IMG/VR virus record: IMGVR_UViG_3300027917_001949 | Coordinates: 64,001-128,000 of that record | Length of the DNA stretch: 64,000 nt | Strand: one strand, 5' to 3' | Origin: a virus | Part shown: positions 46,204 to 57,659 of the stretch, in pieces | How the letters are laid out: the number at the start of each line of letters is the position of its first letter | Position numbering within the stretch: position 1 is the stretch's first letter | The notes under the pieces: model-generated | What the model was told of the DNA's origin: nothing | Databases searched by the model: none | The model's input: only the letters and a program-made list of their open reading frames with translations | Position numbers and translations under genes: made by a program

Positions 46204-47545
46204 CATCCTCTTTAGGCACGATTTGAAACCAACCGTCGAACGTCTCGTCGGTTAGCTTCGGTACTTGCGCCAATTTGTTGACCTGCCGTTTTGCGATGTT
46301 TCGCATTGCTCTCATCTGCCCAAATGAAAGTGGTCTACTGCTACTTTTGAACATTACATCATTTACAAACGTAAACGCATTGCCGAGATTAAGTTCAAGC
46401 AACCGGTATCCGAGTTTGCGTGCTTCTTGTTGTTCCTCTATCTTATCATCTGAGGTCATACAGGCATCAAGATAGAGTTTAGTAGCAAGACTCCTTTGTT
46501 TATCGGATAGTTCACCCTTAACAATTATCTGACTTTGGAGACTGTCAACCAAAGAACGTAGCCACGGTAATCTAGCCCTCGTCTCTTCTAGTCTGTCCCA
46601 CAAAGTGGCATTACCAGGAAGTTTTGCCCTGAACTCTTCCAGAGCTTTCTCCCTGTCAGCCATGGTAAAGCTGTCTTGGGGTATCTCCCTCCAATCGAGC
46701 TTATGACTAGTCACTGATTGAAATATGTTACGCTTTCTTCGATTCGCCATCATCAAGCTTATCCAGTCCTTTCAATCCGTCCGTACCAAACCATTTTGAC
46801 ATTGTGTCTGAAAATTCACTATCTGTCACACTACTGCCAATTCCGAGGTTAATCACACCAAGAATAAGCATATACTCCAATGCTATCGACACAGCAATAG
46901 ATTGTGGGTCACTTACAGCCAGTGCTCCCATCGCAAACTTATTTGCCCTGTCCGTGAGGAACTTGTACAAAGTAGGGTTCGTGGTCTGTAATGCTGTAAG
47001 CTGTTCGTCCAGCCACTGTTGAACCTGCCCCTGTGTTATGCTTTGGTTCAACGCTTTGAACTGCTCTCTTATATGTTTATCTGTGATTACTGGCAGATTT
47101 TCCATATTTTCTCCCTACATTTCGATGAGTATAATAACACCGAGTCGGGCAGGTGACGAATTAACTCCTCTGGTCAACTCGCCCCCTGCACCGCAACTCC
47201 CTTACTGAAAGTGTCTGCGGTAACCGAAGTTAACTGGTTCGCCACCGGTCTTTGGTTTCCTTCGTGATGTTATTACAGTTGACCATAGCATTGTCCATAC
47301 CTTGCCAACACGCAGTACAATAACTATCGCATATACCAATAAGACGCTCTGTAACGCAGTAAGCCAATCGATAGATGCAACGGTTGGTAGTAGCGATGGT
47401 ACAACATAATTCCACAACACCATGACAAGCAATGCCACCGCACATGCGGTAGCCCCTGCTGTAATTGCAAGGACTAACGCACTAGCGATTATGCCGATGA
47501 GAAAACCAACACCGACAGCAAACAATGATAGCGGATTTAATTTCA

Positions 47546-48304
47546 TTATTCACTCTCCGCCAACGCTTTGAGTGCGTCCTCAATATTCTGCTGTGGTACT
47601 TCCGGTTGACTGGTAATCACAATGTCCTTACCAGCAAGTTTATCTTCCGCCATCTTGTTGAGTGCATCCATGTAGTTATCTGAGTAATCATCATGACGGA
47701 ATGGTTTTGAAAACTTGCCGATAACCTGAGTTATCAGGTCAACCTGAACATCTGATACCTCTGATGCAGGTACTGCCGGTGATTCCTTCATCTCACCTGA
47801 CCAATAAAGGGTTGACAACACCAGACTCTTACCGGTGGGGCGAATAACACAGAGGTTTTCCCTCCGACTTATTGCCACCTTACCCACAGCAACCTTACCA
47901 GTTTTCTTCAATCCTTCAAACAGAAGGTTGAAGGCTGTGACCCCGACTTCGTCCGGTGAAATATGGTATGTCTTATCGGTCAGTAAAGGATTAACATCAC
48001 CTGCCTGAACGAACCGGTCAATCTCGATGTTCTTTGTGGTACTTAATGGTAGGCTATCGAGTTCCTCTTTCGTAAAGGTAACCACCTGCCCTTTACTTAT
48101 CTCGATACCTTTGATAATGTCAGCCTCAGTCAAATCCGCATTACATTTCTTACAGATTTTCTTTCTGCCACCATTACCCATATCATCTTTGTGGTACTCG
48201 TGCAGGTTGCTCTTAGCTTCCGTTGCTACCCCGCCAAGTCGTACTGGTATGAGGAATGTACCACCAATGGAAATTGTCATTTTCCATCCTCTACTTTGTG
48301 CCAT
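47546..48304 (-). CDS. ku: Ku DNA end-binding protein
   Basis: W...ISIG..LIPV.L, DIIKGIE, IEIDRFV, Y.D.Y..AL. Confidence 0.92.
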   Translation of the reverse strand: MAQSRGWKMTISIGGTFLIPVRLGGVATEAKSNLHEYHKDDMGNGGRKKICKKCNADLTEADIIKGIEISKGQVVTFTKEELDSLPLSTTKNIEIDRFVQAGDVNPLLTDKTYHISPDEVGVTAFNLLFEGLKKTGKVAVGKVAISRRENLCVIRPTGKSLVLSTLYWSGEMKESPAVPASEVSDVQVDLITQVIGKFSKPFRHDDYSDNYMDALNKMAEDKLAGKDIVITSQPEVPQQNIEDALKALAESE

Positions 48305-48509
48305 TTTTCACCTCAATCCTGAAAATGTCTTATATTTCCGGTATCTGTAAATGCCGGTCTTACGCAGTCTCGTAGATGTTTCAATCCAGAGGTAGGTTTG
48401 TTACTGTATTCGGCATCTTGTATTTCCGCATCAATAACGTCGGCTATCCTCTGACGTGCTTTTTCATCTGATATTTCTTCTTTAAAACCCATGCACTTCC
48501 CCCATTATA

Positions 48510-48538
48510 ATTATAGCAGATGCCAACGATAATGTCAA
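48510..48538 (-). promoter_or_regulatory. Sigma70-type promoter
   Basis: TTGACA-17-TATAAT with TG extension. Confidence 0.7.
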
Positions 48539-49209
48539 CTGTTAGACTTATTCGCCAGGATTTCCGAGTTGAGCAATATCATTGCCACTTTTGGATTAAT
48601 TTTCCGTTTTTCAAGCGTATTACGTATCATCATAGTTTTATCGGTATCCCACAGTAATTTAAGTATTGATAGTAAATCATCTTTAGTTAGTTTCCACTTT
48701 GTGCCACCAAACTGAGCATACCATAAACCATTTTCGCACCGGAAACTCAGACCTATGTTGCCACACTCCTTCCGTAGTTTGTTAAGATTCACAACTCTAT
48801 CAAGCTCTTTCTTCTTTTCAACATGTGCCTTCGCTTTCTCTACCCTCTCTTCATATGTCGGCTCTACCGGTACATTGTATGTACCATCATCAACATTGCC
48901 CGTCCAACAGTTGAAGAAGCTCTTACAAGTTTTGTCACACTCACACGACAATCCTTTAGCACTTGTCACACTACCCCACACATGAGGTCGGCATTGTGGG
49001 TGAAGTATTATTGGTGGGATATTGACATCTGTAACCTCTTGGCTAAACGGATTCCACCTACCACCACTCTTATATCCTGCGTTGGTAGCGTGACAGTGTG
49101 GGCATTCCATTTTGTTTAATTGGACACCATGAATGGCACGCTTCTTCGCCTTATCTCTAATCGATAATGTAGTGAAATCGTTACCACATATATTACAGTG
49201 AAACTTCAT
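48535..49209 (-). CDS. Zn-ribbon protein with variant Cys module (CDKTCKSFFNCWT)
   Basis: CNIC/CPHC plus variant motif. Confidence 0.7.
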   Translation of the reverse strand: MKFHCNICGNDFTTLSIRDKAKKRAIHGVQLNKMECPHCHATNAGYKSGGRWNPFSQEVTDVNIPPIILHPQCRPHVWGSVTSAKGLSCECDKTCKSFFNCWTGNVDDGTYNVPVEPTYEERVEKAKAHVEKKKELDRVVNLNKLRKECGNIGLSFRCENGLWYAQFGGTKWKLTKDDLLSILKLLWDTDKTMMIRNTLEKRKINPKVAMILLNSEILANKSNS

Positions 49210-49303
49210 TTATACAGTGCCAAAGCATAGTCCATATACTGCTAACGCTACCACCAAACCAACGACTATGATGTATATAGCCTTGAGTGCGTTTTCAGTT
49301 ATG

Positions 49304-49669
49304 TCAATTTTGATGATTTTCATCTACTTCCCCATCCTCTATTATTTTAGCACGAGCCGCAATTTTTTGCAAGTCCACTCCATTCATTGCCAAGAACCTA
49401 TCTATCAACTCATGAATGGTTGGCTCTTGCATACCATTGAACGGTACTTTGGTCAAGTCTTTATCGACATTAATATTCAAGGCATCACCGGAGTAGCATT
49501 TGAATTTTAATTTGCAATCCTTACATATATGGTCGTAATCGAGCTTGCCAAGACACCGCTTGTCGGTGAGTAGTTTGTATTTCTTGTTATCAAAGGTAAG
49601 GTAAATCGGTTTGCCAGGAGCTTCCTTTAGCTCCTTAATTTCAGCCGTAAATACAACAGTATCATCCAT
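49304..49669 (-). CDS. Hypothetical Cys-module protein (CKDCKLKFKCYS)
   Basis: Recurrent motif. Confidence 0.7.
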   Translation of the reverse strand: MDDTVVFTAEIKELKEAPGKPIYLTFDNKKYKLLTDKRCLGKLDYDHICKDCKLKFKCYSGDALNINVDKDLTKVPFNGMQEPTIHELIDRFLAMNGVDLQKIAARAKIIEDGEVDENHQN

Positions 49670-50009
49670 TATTAACCTCTTTCTTTTTTAGATATGCTAC
49701 CCAATAATCGGCAGCGTCCACTCTAACATCCCTACGACCACGACCTGCACCACGACCACGCCACCGTATACCCCACCGTTGATGAACAAGAAATTTACTA
49801 CACAAACGTCTGAACTCCTGCCCCTCTTTATCATTAGGTACTTCGAATGTGTAATTTACGTCAATAGATACAGAATTTAATTGTCTACTTGTGACACAAG
49901 CAAACTTGTCATGACAACTAAGACATGGTTCATCATCATAATTAGGAGTGCCAATCTCTTGTCTACACCTTGCTATTCTTCTATCTACCGGTTTCATCGA
50001 CTGGTACAT
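49662..50009 (-). CDS. Hypothetical Cys-module protein (CLSCHDKFACVT)
   Basis: Recurrent motif. Confidence 0.65.
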   Translation of the reverse strand: MYQSMKPVDRRIARCRQEIGTPNYDDEPCLSCHDKFACVTSRQLNSVSIDVNYTFEVPNDKEGQEFRRLCSKFLVHQRWGIRWRGRGAGRGRRDVRVDAADYWVAYLKKKEVNNG

Positions 50010-50316
50010 CTAATCCCTCTTTCTTTAGGGTATAACATTTGAATCTATCCTCACATACCCCACAAGCATCCAGTGCCCTGAACGTATGACAATCTCTAAC
50101 GTCTACGAAGTCTTTCATTTGAGATGTATTTAGTATCCAAGAATTACCGTCCTCGAACGCTAGCCAGAAGCTGTCTTTACCTACCTTATGCCCGATGTAT
50201 CTAATCCAACCAAACTTTCCGAGAAACGTCTCTTCTCCGATTCTGCCGGTTTCCTTGACATAGACTCTATCACCGACATGGTATGTATTAGTCTCTAACC
50301 GTAATGATTTACTCAA
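49981..50316 (-). CDS. SH3-like protein with Cys module (CGVCEDRFKCYT)
   Basis: VGDRVYV pattern plus motif. Confidence 0.65.
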   Translation of the reverse strand: MSKSLRLETNTYHVGDRVYVKETGRIGEETFLGKFGWIRYIGHKVGKDSFWLAFEDGNSWILNTSQMKDFVDVRDCHTFRALDACGVCEDRFKCYTLKKEGLDVPVDETGR

Positions 50317-51241
50317 TGGTATCTATCTGCTCAACAGTTTTATCAAGTCTGATACCCCTGAACTGAGGATGCCGTATCGAACTAACACTACCATCAATAT
50401 TGCGTATAATACCATAATGTTTGACCGTAACAACAATCTCCGGTATCACTGTATACACGTCACCTTGCTTGCCGGTAGTAATTAGCTGTAGTTTCTTGAG
50501 CATATCCTCTTTCGTCATGGTCTTTGAGCCAAATCCACCACCAACTCTTGTGAGTCTTTCTACCTTACCATCAACCATATGCCCTACGACCACCGTCAAA
50601 TTTTTTGCCCTCTTTGTACCGGTCTCGTATCCCATAATCACAAGGTCAGCATCTGCCACATACTTACGCTTTGCCCATCTCCCTGTCATACCATCGATGT
50701 ATCTGGATAGGGGGTCTTTCACTACTACACCCTCAAACCCCGCACTAACCACCTTATTAAAGAAGGCATCAAGCTCTGCCTGGTTGTTGCATATTGCCAT
50801 CGGTACGAGTCCAACCTTCTTGTTGTAGAACGTTTGACGTTGTAGTAATTTCCTGATTTCTATATGGTTAGATGTTTTCCACACTTCCTCGCCATCATAC
50901 TTCAAACAACCGAACACTCCCAAGTTTAGGTCATCATCCAACTTGTGACGTGCGAAGTCATAGAAGTTATTCCCGCCACCATATACCAACTCAGCTAAGA
51001 ACACGCTATCATCTGGTATATCTATTTGAGTCACCGGCATGTCAGTGCGTATCCTACCATGCTCTGGTTTGTTTGCGAGATAAATGTCTCCCTGTTTCTT
51101 TATCAGATATTGAAACTCACCGTCCAGTTTAACCTCGGCAATGTTAGGAAATGAAATGTAATCACCCTCTATTTCCATGAAAGGTAATCCCTGATAAAGT
51201 GGGCTATTCTTATCTTGATATGTTTTCATAATGTCCAACAC
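50309..51241 (-). CDS. lig: ATP-dependent DNA ligase
   Basis: EVKLDGE (motif I), FEGVVVK, W.KRK, GGGF, SIRHPQF..R.DK. Confidence 0.92.
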   Translation of the reverse strand: MLDIMKTYQDKNSPLYQGLPFMEIEGDYISFPNIAEVKLDGEFQYLIKKQGDIYLANKPEHGRIRTDMPVTQIDIPDDSVFLAELVYGGGNNFYDFARHKLDDDLNLGVFGCLKYDGEEVWKTSNHIEIRKLLQRQTFYNKKVGLVPMAICNNQAELDAFFNKVVSAGFEGVVVKDPLSRYIDGMTGRWAKRKYVADADLVIMGYETGTKRAKNLTVVVGHMVDGKVERLTRVGGGFGSKTMTKEDMLKKLQLITTGKQGDVYTVIPEIVVTVKHYGIIRNIDGSVSSIRHPQFRGIRLDKTVEQIDTIE

Positions 51242-51459
51242 CTGAATCTATATTTGCAACCTCGACATGCCTTGTCTCGTGTTAGGTATTTAGGATTTCT
51301 TAGGCTACCAAGTCTGGTTATTCCTTGACACTCGCTGAGGTCATGGTCAAATACGTTTCCGTCTGGATAATTCATACTATACTTTTTACGCATTGACTCA
51401 CATACATCTATGTACCGCTTCCTCACTTCGTACTCCAACACGCAAATCGTGCCTTGCAC
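51226..51459 (-). CDS. Hypothetical Cys-module protein (CRGCKYRFRCWT)
   Basis: Recurrent motif. Confidence 0.6.
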   Translation of the reverse strand: MQGTICVLEYEVRKRYIDVCESMRKKYSMNYPDGNVFDHDLSECQGITRLGSLRNPKYLTRDKACRGCKYRFRCWTL

Positions 51460-51755
51460 TCGCTACAATCATCTGGTGTAAGTGCCGTACGCCTACAAAA
51501 GGCAAAGATTGTAATATCGGATATACTCTCCCTTTCACGTGTTTCCACAACCAACTCTGCTTTTAGTTTTCGCCATGCCTTGACAAATGCTTCTGTATAC
51601 GCTACCGGTGTATTTGCTATTAACCTTGCGACTGCCGCAGCCGACTTCTCCATCTCCTGTCTACCGGCTGCACGGGTGACAGGAACAGATGTTATGTCAT
51701 ATAAGTCACTATCAGCGTCACCTGCCAACATAATCTTTGGTTCGTTAGCTTCCAC
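51423..51755 (-). CDS. Hypothetical Cys-module protein (CSECKARFACWS)
   Basis: Recurrent motif. Confidence 0.65.
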   Translation of the reverse strand: MEANEPKIMLAGDADSDLYDITSVPVTRAAGRQEMEKSAAAVARLIANTPVAYTEAFVKAWRKLKAELVVETRERESISDITIFAFCRRTALTPDDCSECKARFACWSTK

Positions 51756-52341
51756 CTACTATTATCCTTTTATTCTTTGGGTCTGTTATCCAGTGCCATC
51801 CAATATGACATTCCTCGCAATATACAACCACATCTAACCAATATCGACTACAATGATGAACTGTTAGATGTGTCACCACACCGCAATTCTCACAGTGACC
51901 TACCCACTCTCTGATGTGCCGTAATATTCTAGTTTTGAGTATACCGACACGAGCTTTTTCCTCGTCCCATACGATGAGTGCCGTCATTCGGTTAGTAAGT
52001 ATCCTATTGCATTTTCAACCCGTAGTGCTTCCAGAAACCACTCACTCATACTCGTATTGTATGCCTCGTAACGGTCAACCAACTTCGGATTAAATTGACG
52101 TACCAAGTGCAACCCACAGTCATACTTATCTAATTCTTCCTCGCAATCACAGAAGTTTAAGTATGCCGCTTTCAAGTTTTTATTTGCGTGTTTAAGTAAC
52201 TTTTCCAGTCCTTTTAGTTGTTTGTCCCGCCTCATTTTGTCCTCTTTAATAATAGCGATAACCAACCCAGAACGCAACCCAAGAGAAATCCTCCGATGGC
52301 ACAGAGACAGATGAGTCCTGTCCATTCAAAGATAGTATCCA

Positions 52342-53520
52342 TTAGTCACCGCCTGCCTTAAAGTTGTATACTGGTTTCATCATAAACTCAATATCAACGG
52401 TCTCACCGATAGCATCGACTATCATGTCTTTATCCTTGTACGCCATCGGTGACTCGTCGATTGTATCCAGTGTTGCGGTAGTAGTATAAATACCGTCCAT
52501 CTGAGCCGTAAACTCATCCATTGATAGGGTTGCTTTTGCTTTCTTTCTCGATAGGATTCTTCCAGCCCCATGCGGTGCGGAGTAATTCCATTTCTGATTG
52601 CCCTTACCAATACATACCGCAACACCGTCACGCATATTGAATGGTATAACTAACCGTTCACCATCATGTGCCGCAACTGCACCCTTACGGATGATTTTAT
52701 CTTTGAAATTGATGTAATTGTGAACTGTATCGAAGGCATTGTCCGGTGATATAATCTTACCACCTGTCTGAGAAGTCGCTACACCGAAATAATTGAGTAT
52801 AATCTCAAGCATGATACCACGATTTAGTGTGGCGTAGTGTTGTGCTATTCGCATTGCCTGTAGATATTGATAACCACCATGTTCCATTGGTAAATACTCA
52901 AGATTATGATAAGCTGATGCCCCTACGAACATTTCTTTCAATAATTCTTTAGCTTTATTTTGGTAGTAATTTGCAATCTTTAACCCGAAATTTCTGCTAC
53001 CGGAATGAACCAGAAGCCAGTACGTACCATCCTCTGCTTCGTCAATCTCGATGAAATGGTTACCACCACCAAGAGTGCCAAGCGAACCTTTAACCCTGCT
53101 TGACTCTTGTTTTGTCTCATTTGCATAGTACATAATCTCACTATCATCCGGTATGTATGAATCTGGTCGATAGCCGTTTATCATTCGCTGTGAATAATTT
53201 CTTATACTGAATCCACTTGGTATATTAGCCTTGATAAAGTTGTCAAGTTCCTCGAAATCGATTGAGTGAACTGGTAACGGACATGACAACACACCACAGC
53301 CAATATCTACTCCTACTACGTTCGGTATAACATAGTTATTCATCTTTGCTGTGAAACCAATGACCGCACCAGCACCAGCATGACAGTCTGGCATGATTGC
53401 TATGTACGTTTTAGCAAATGCCGGATGATTCAAGAATGAGTATATTTGTTTTACCGTTTCCTCATCTATCTCATCAATCATGACATTTGCCGAGTTGTAT
53501 TTACCCTTGTATGTTATCAT
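52342..53520 (-). CDS. rtcB: RtcB RNA ligase
   Basis: MPDCHAG, VGVDIGCG, GTLGGGNHFIE, HSGSR, HNY, RKGA, PHGAGR, DESP.AYK. Confidence 0.96.
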   Translation of the reverse strand: MITYKGKYNSANVMIDEIDEETVKQIYSFLNHPAFAKTYIAIMPDCHAGAGAVIGFTAKMNNYVIPNVVGVDIGCGVLSCPLPVHSIDFEELDNFIKANIPSGFSIRNYSQRMINGYRPDSYIPDDSEIMYYANETKQESSRVKGSLGTLGGGNHFIEIDEAEDGTYWLLVHSGSRNFGLKIANYYQNKAKELLKEMFVGASAYHNLEYLPMEHGGYQYLQAMRIAQHYATLNRGIMLEIILNYFGVATSQTGGKIISPDNAFDTVHNYINFKDKIIRKGAVAAHDGERLVIPFNMRDGVAVCIGKGNQKWNYSAPHGAGRILSRKKAKATLSMDEFTAQMDGIYTTTATLDTIDESPMAYKDKDMIVDAIGETVDIEFMMKPVYNFKAGGD

Positions 53521-55035
53521 CCTCTACCTCTACTGTCACTGTCACTTTCTTGCCAATAAGTTTGTCAAAGTCAACGTGGTCTTTGTACTCGTCCCAACTC
53601 TGTAGCCGAACGAACATTCCCTCATCCTTATCATCGTTCGGTACGAACTGGTACATCTTTGCCATTCCACCATCTTCCACCGCAATCCAATCCTCATCGA
53701 CAATCTCTGTAACCTGAAAAACTATAGATTTTTTATCCATTTTTATTGCCTTTTATTAACTGTTTTAACATAAATTTCTGTTATTTTATGCTATTTTATT
53801 GCCGTTTTTTAACCGTTATTTTCGTCATTTTTTACTGATTTAGCTTCAGATTTTCCGGTTTCACTGGAGATTTCCGGCTTATTTCTAAAATTACGCACTT
53901 CTGAACCGCATAAAACACACTTTAGATAGTGCTGTTCCACACCTTTTACCCAATCCTTTTCCCATGCCATCGTTCCGTTCGCACACCTAGTACATGGGTA
54001 TGCCCAGAAGTCACCATCGAATGTCTTGACCACCTTAGTTCTTGGTTTCATACTCTGCCTCTTCCTTCCGGTGTCTACATGATGGACACAGGCTTTCAAG
54101 AATGTCGTTATCGCTCGTTGATATTATGTCTAGGTATGCCTCTACCATCGAACCTTCGATAATTTCCTCAAACAATTCTCCACAGTTGATGCACTTAAAC
54201 TTGAATGCTTGTCTCATACCCAACTGACTAAGAGCCTGATTATGAATCAGTTGCTTGATATTTCCAGGCAAATCGATAAAGTCCATCCCATATTCTTCTT
54301 TGGCTATCTTATCTTCCAATGTCTCTGTACTATGAACCATCATCCCCTTCCCTCAGAGCATCGAACTTTAGTGCCGCTTCGATGCTTAATTCTTCAAGTT
54401 TTCTCCTCGCTTCTTTCATTTCCTGCCAGACTTCCATTCCTCGTTCTGTTCTTATCTCATCGATAAGCCTTTGCTGTTCTTCCTCATCAATGTTCATTTG
54501 CCTGCCCCTCATATTGCTCTCGTTCTCTATTAAGAGCCACTTTTACTTGGTTGCGTAATATATATGCTGTTAGGTTAGTATCCAAAGTGAGATAGTACGT
54601 TAATGCCCTCAGTTCAAGAACGGATAACCCGTCAAGCATTGGTTCAATTTTTCGCCAATACTCTCTATTAGCTTCCCAGAATCCTTCTGGGGCTACGAGA
54701 TTACCATGTTCATTGAAATGAATTTTAGTTGGGTCGCTGTTCTGCATTATTAATGTTTCTCCATAACCACTTGTGCAGGGCATTACTATATCCACCACTA
54801 CAAAATTTCTTATGGATACAAGTGATGCAAACTCCTGCCGAACACGCTGTTCTAATCTTTATCATTTAATTTCTCTATTATCTTATCTAGTGCCGCTTTT
54901 AGTTCTGGTGACATGATTGACTCCTCTGTTGGTTCAGGTGGCTGTCTATATGGGTTTGTTTCCCACAGCCGTGACCAGTCAATGATAAATGGATACTCTG
55001 TATACTTGTCGCTATCCATACACTCTCCCATCATT

Positions 55036-55065
55036 ATTATACCATATAGCCACGCTATCAGTCAA
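55036..55065 (-). promoter_or_regulatory. Sigma70-type promoter
   Basis: TTGACT-18-TATAAT with TG extension. Confidence 0.6.
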
Positions 55066-55519
55066 CCGGATGAAAGATGCCGTCCACCATCTCCTCCACG
55101 AAATATTCGTCCTCTGTATCATCACCATGCTCACCTTCGAACAGGCTAGTCCAGTCACCTAACGTATCTTTCGCTTCATCGTCCGTCTCTCCATATACAA
55201 AATAGGTTGTATAACTGGTATATGTCTGAGTAATACGGAATTTTCTAGCTTTGATACTTAAACATTTGAAACGGTAACCACACTTGTCACACATGTCACT
55301 GCCACCATGTACAACCTGGCATGCAAGCATTTTCTGCCGATACTCAACTTTCTTCCCTCGACATTCCCTACATTCACCCTCATGTGATTGATTCTTACCA
55401 CAGTGAGGACACCTATACCATGTCAGTTTCCTGCCGGTGCGTACGTAATGACAGTCCTTGCAGTAACCATGATATGTTGGTACACCTTTCTTACCACAGC
55501 CGACACATGTGTTAATCAT
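55058..55519 (-). CDS. Multi-CxxC protein with Cys module (CDKCGYRFKCLS)
   Basis: Paralogous with 55726-56103. Confidence 0.7.
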   Translation of the reverse strand: MINTCVGCGKKGVPTYHGYCKDCHYVRTGRKLTWYRCPHCGKNQSHEGECRECRGKKVEYRQKMLACQVVHGGSDMCDKCGYRFKCLSIKARKFRITQTYTSYTTYFVYGETDDEAKDTLGDWTSLFEGEHGDDTEDEYFVEEMVDGIFHPVD

Positions 55520-55725
55520 CGTCGTTCCAATAATCCAGTGTTAGTGTGTCTCCATCTGGGCAATGTAAGTAAATACCATATCCATGTTCTATCCAGTATC
55601 CATCAGCTTCGAGTTCTGCCAATAGAGCTTCGTATCCCTTACGATAGTGTGCCACAGCAGACTTATTTGCCCATCTCTCTCGATGGACATAGTAGTATAG
55701 TTCTACTAATGTATATCTACGAAAA

Positions 55726-56103
55726 TCATTTTGGTCTGACATAATAATTCTGGTCTAATTCCTCAACGTCTGTATCGTCGCCCCACGAGTTACTATTACC
55801 TTCCTCGTATACGTCTCTACCATTATCCCACACCAGTTCCCGTGCCTCATCCTTGTTCGTTGCATAGACGATACAACTATCGTAGCCGGAATAATACTCC
55901 ATCACATGGTATCGTTTCATTTTAACAGTATGACACTTGAATCGAAAGTCACAACACTGACACGCATCGATAGGTGTGCCAATAATATATCCACATTTAA
56001 GTATTTCCTGCCGGAGTTTTTCACCACGCATTTCACAATACCAACATGAATCATATTGGTTATGTATTCGCCCACATTCAGGACATTTCCAAGTATTAGC
56101 CAT
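55726..56103 (-). CDS. CxxC protein with Cys module (CQCCDFRFKCHT)
   Basis: Paralogous with 55058-55519. Confidence 0.7.
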   Translation of the reverse strand: MANTWKCPECGRIHNQYDSCWYCEMRGEKLRQEILKCGYIIGTPIDACQCCDFRFKCHTVKMKRYHVMEYYSGYDSCIVYATNKDEARELVWDNGRDVYEEGNSNSWGDDTDVEELDQNYYVRPK

Positions 56104-56586
56104 CGCTCACCGAGGATTCCTTTGCCGGACACCCATCAAGTTTTTTCGTGGTTCGTTCTCCGGTGTATTCAATTTCCGCATTAAGATAATTACAGTACAG
56201 GTCATATTCGTAGCCAGCACCATTATCAAACAGTGGGCATTCTTCGCAGTACTCACCTTTCGGTATCCTGACCTTAACCTCGACGTATTTATCTGCCTCG
56301 ATTAATGTCTCAAAAAATTCAATGGTAGACCTGACGAAATATGCTGCCGTGGATAACCGTTCCGCTGATTTGGCATGAGTATGCATCGCACACCCATCAA
56401 CCCGCCACTCATTACCGTTGCTGTCCGGTGGGTTTAGTGGTATTAAACTCACACTGAGTTTATCTCTCTTGCCGTTAGAAAATTTAACCCAACAGTGAAA
56501 TGTCTCACTACCGTCACGATGAGTGACAACCGCCACCTCCACCGGATATACACCGCAATCGGTTTTTAATTCTATTTTATGCTTTT

Positions 56587-56871
56587 TCATTTTGCCAACT
56601 TCTTTGGTACTCTCCCTGTACCGTTACACTTGAGACAAGTCCAGTTAGTAGTCGGTGAGCGATGCCCTGACGAACATACACCTGTACCCTTACACTCAGG
56701 GCACTGCTCGTAGAACTTAACTTCCATAGCTATCAAGTTAAGTTTCAGGTCGGTGTATGCAAATGCCAGTTCTTTGAAGCGAGGGTTCAAATAGAACCAG
56801 TCCTCATCAACCCCCGCTTCTCTGGCAAGTTCGTGAGTACAATCCATTAGGTATTCTTTCATAGCACCCAT
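56587..56871 (-). CDS. Protein with DnaJ-type CxxCxGxG Zn finger
   Basis: CPECKGTG...CLKCNGTG. Confidence 0.7.
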   Translation of the reverse strand: MGAMKEYLMDCTHELAREAGVDEDWFYLNPRFKELAFAYTDLKLNLIAMEVKFYEQCPECKGTGVCSSGHRSPTTNWTCLKCNGTGRVPKKLAK

Positions 56872-57659
56872 TATAATTCACCCCAAATATTTTCGTAATG
56901 CGATATTACCGTGCCAACCATAAGTTCGGTCTTGGTTCGTATGGTTGACTCGAAGTCACGTCCTTTACCGGTTGCCCATGATTCACCACCAATCGTAACT
57001 TCATAGCTCGGTAGTTCAATGCTTTCCCTGATGCGTGCCCTTATCTTTCCTTCCTTTGTGATAAAGACTTCAACCTTTGGGAAGTGCTTCTGTGTATTTT
57101 CTGCCTCTATCACTCGGTCAATTATCGGTTTACACTCATGGTCAAGCATGTAGTGAGGACTGTCATAAAAGCCCCAACAACTGTCCACGTGTTCACCATC
57201 AGCGTCCTCGATAACGTAGCCGTACACCTGACCGGTGAGGTATTTATCATATGTTTCTACTTCACCCTCTAGTAACTTGATAGCCTTCTGCTCAACTGCT
57301 TTGCTAATCCGTTGCTTGCCGTACTCTTTTCTTAACGTGTCCTTTTCTACGTAGATGAATCCTACCTGCCCCCAATCCCATCCTTGTGGGTCGCAGTGCC
57401 TGAATCCACCGGTGTTCATGCTGATACCGGAATGGTCAATCAGAAATAGCGGTAATGCCACAACATCATCCTGCTCTACGAATTCAATCAAGTCGTGAGC
57501 ATCACCGAAGTCGTGACTATCACCCAAGTCATAGCGTCTGTGAAAACATGCCATTGTCCCGAGATTATCCCAATCTCTAGGACTGCCAGGGTCTATGTCC
57601 TGATAGATTTTAATTTTGTAACCCCTGTATTCCTCGTCCAGTGCCAAATATTCGTCCAT
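56871..57659 (-). CDS. Conserved phage protein (SPRDWDNLG...DHSG...DSCWGFY)
   Basis: Family-like motifs. Confidence 0.75.
   Translation of the reverse strand: MDEYLALDEEYRGYKIKIYQDIDPGSPRDWDNLGTMACFHRRYDLGDSHDFGDAHDLIEFVEQDDVVALPLFLIDHSGISMNTGGFRHCDPQGWDWGQVGFIYVEKDTLRKEYGKQRISKAVEQKAIKLLEGEVETYDKYLTGQVYGYVIEDADGEHVDSCWGFYDSPHYMLDHECKPIIDRVIEAENTQKHFPKVEVFITKEGKIRARIRESIELPSYEVTIGGESWATGKGRDFESTIRTKTELMVGTVISHYENIWGEL

Noticed and set aside
47140-47197. Imperfect GC-rich hairpin in an intergenic gap
   Set aside because: Several mismatches, no U-tract and no second copy; not enough support to call.
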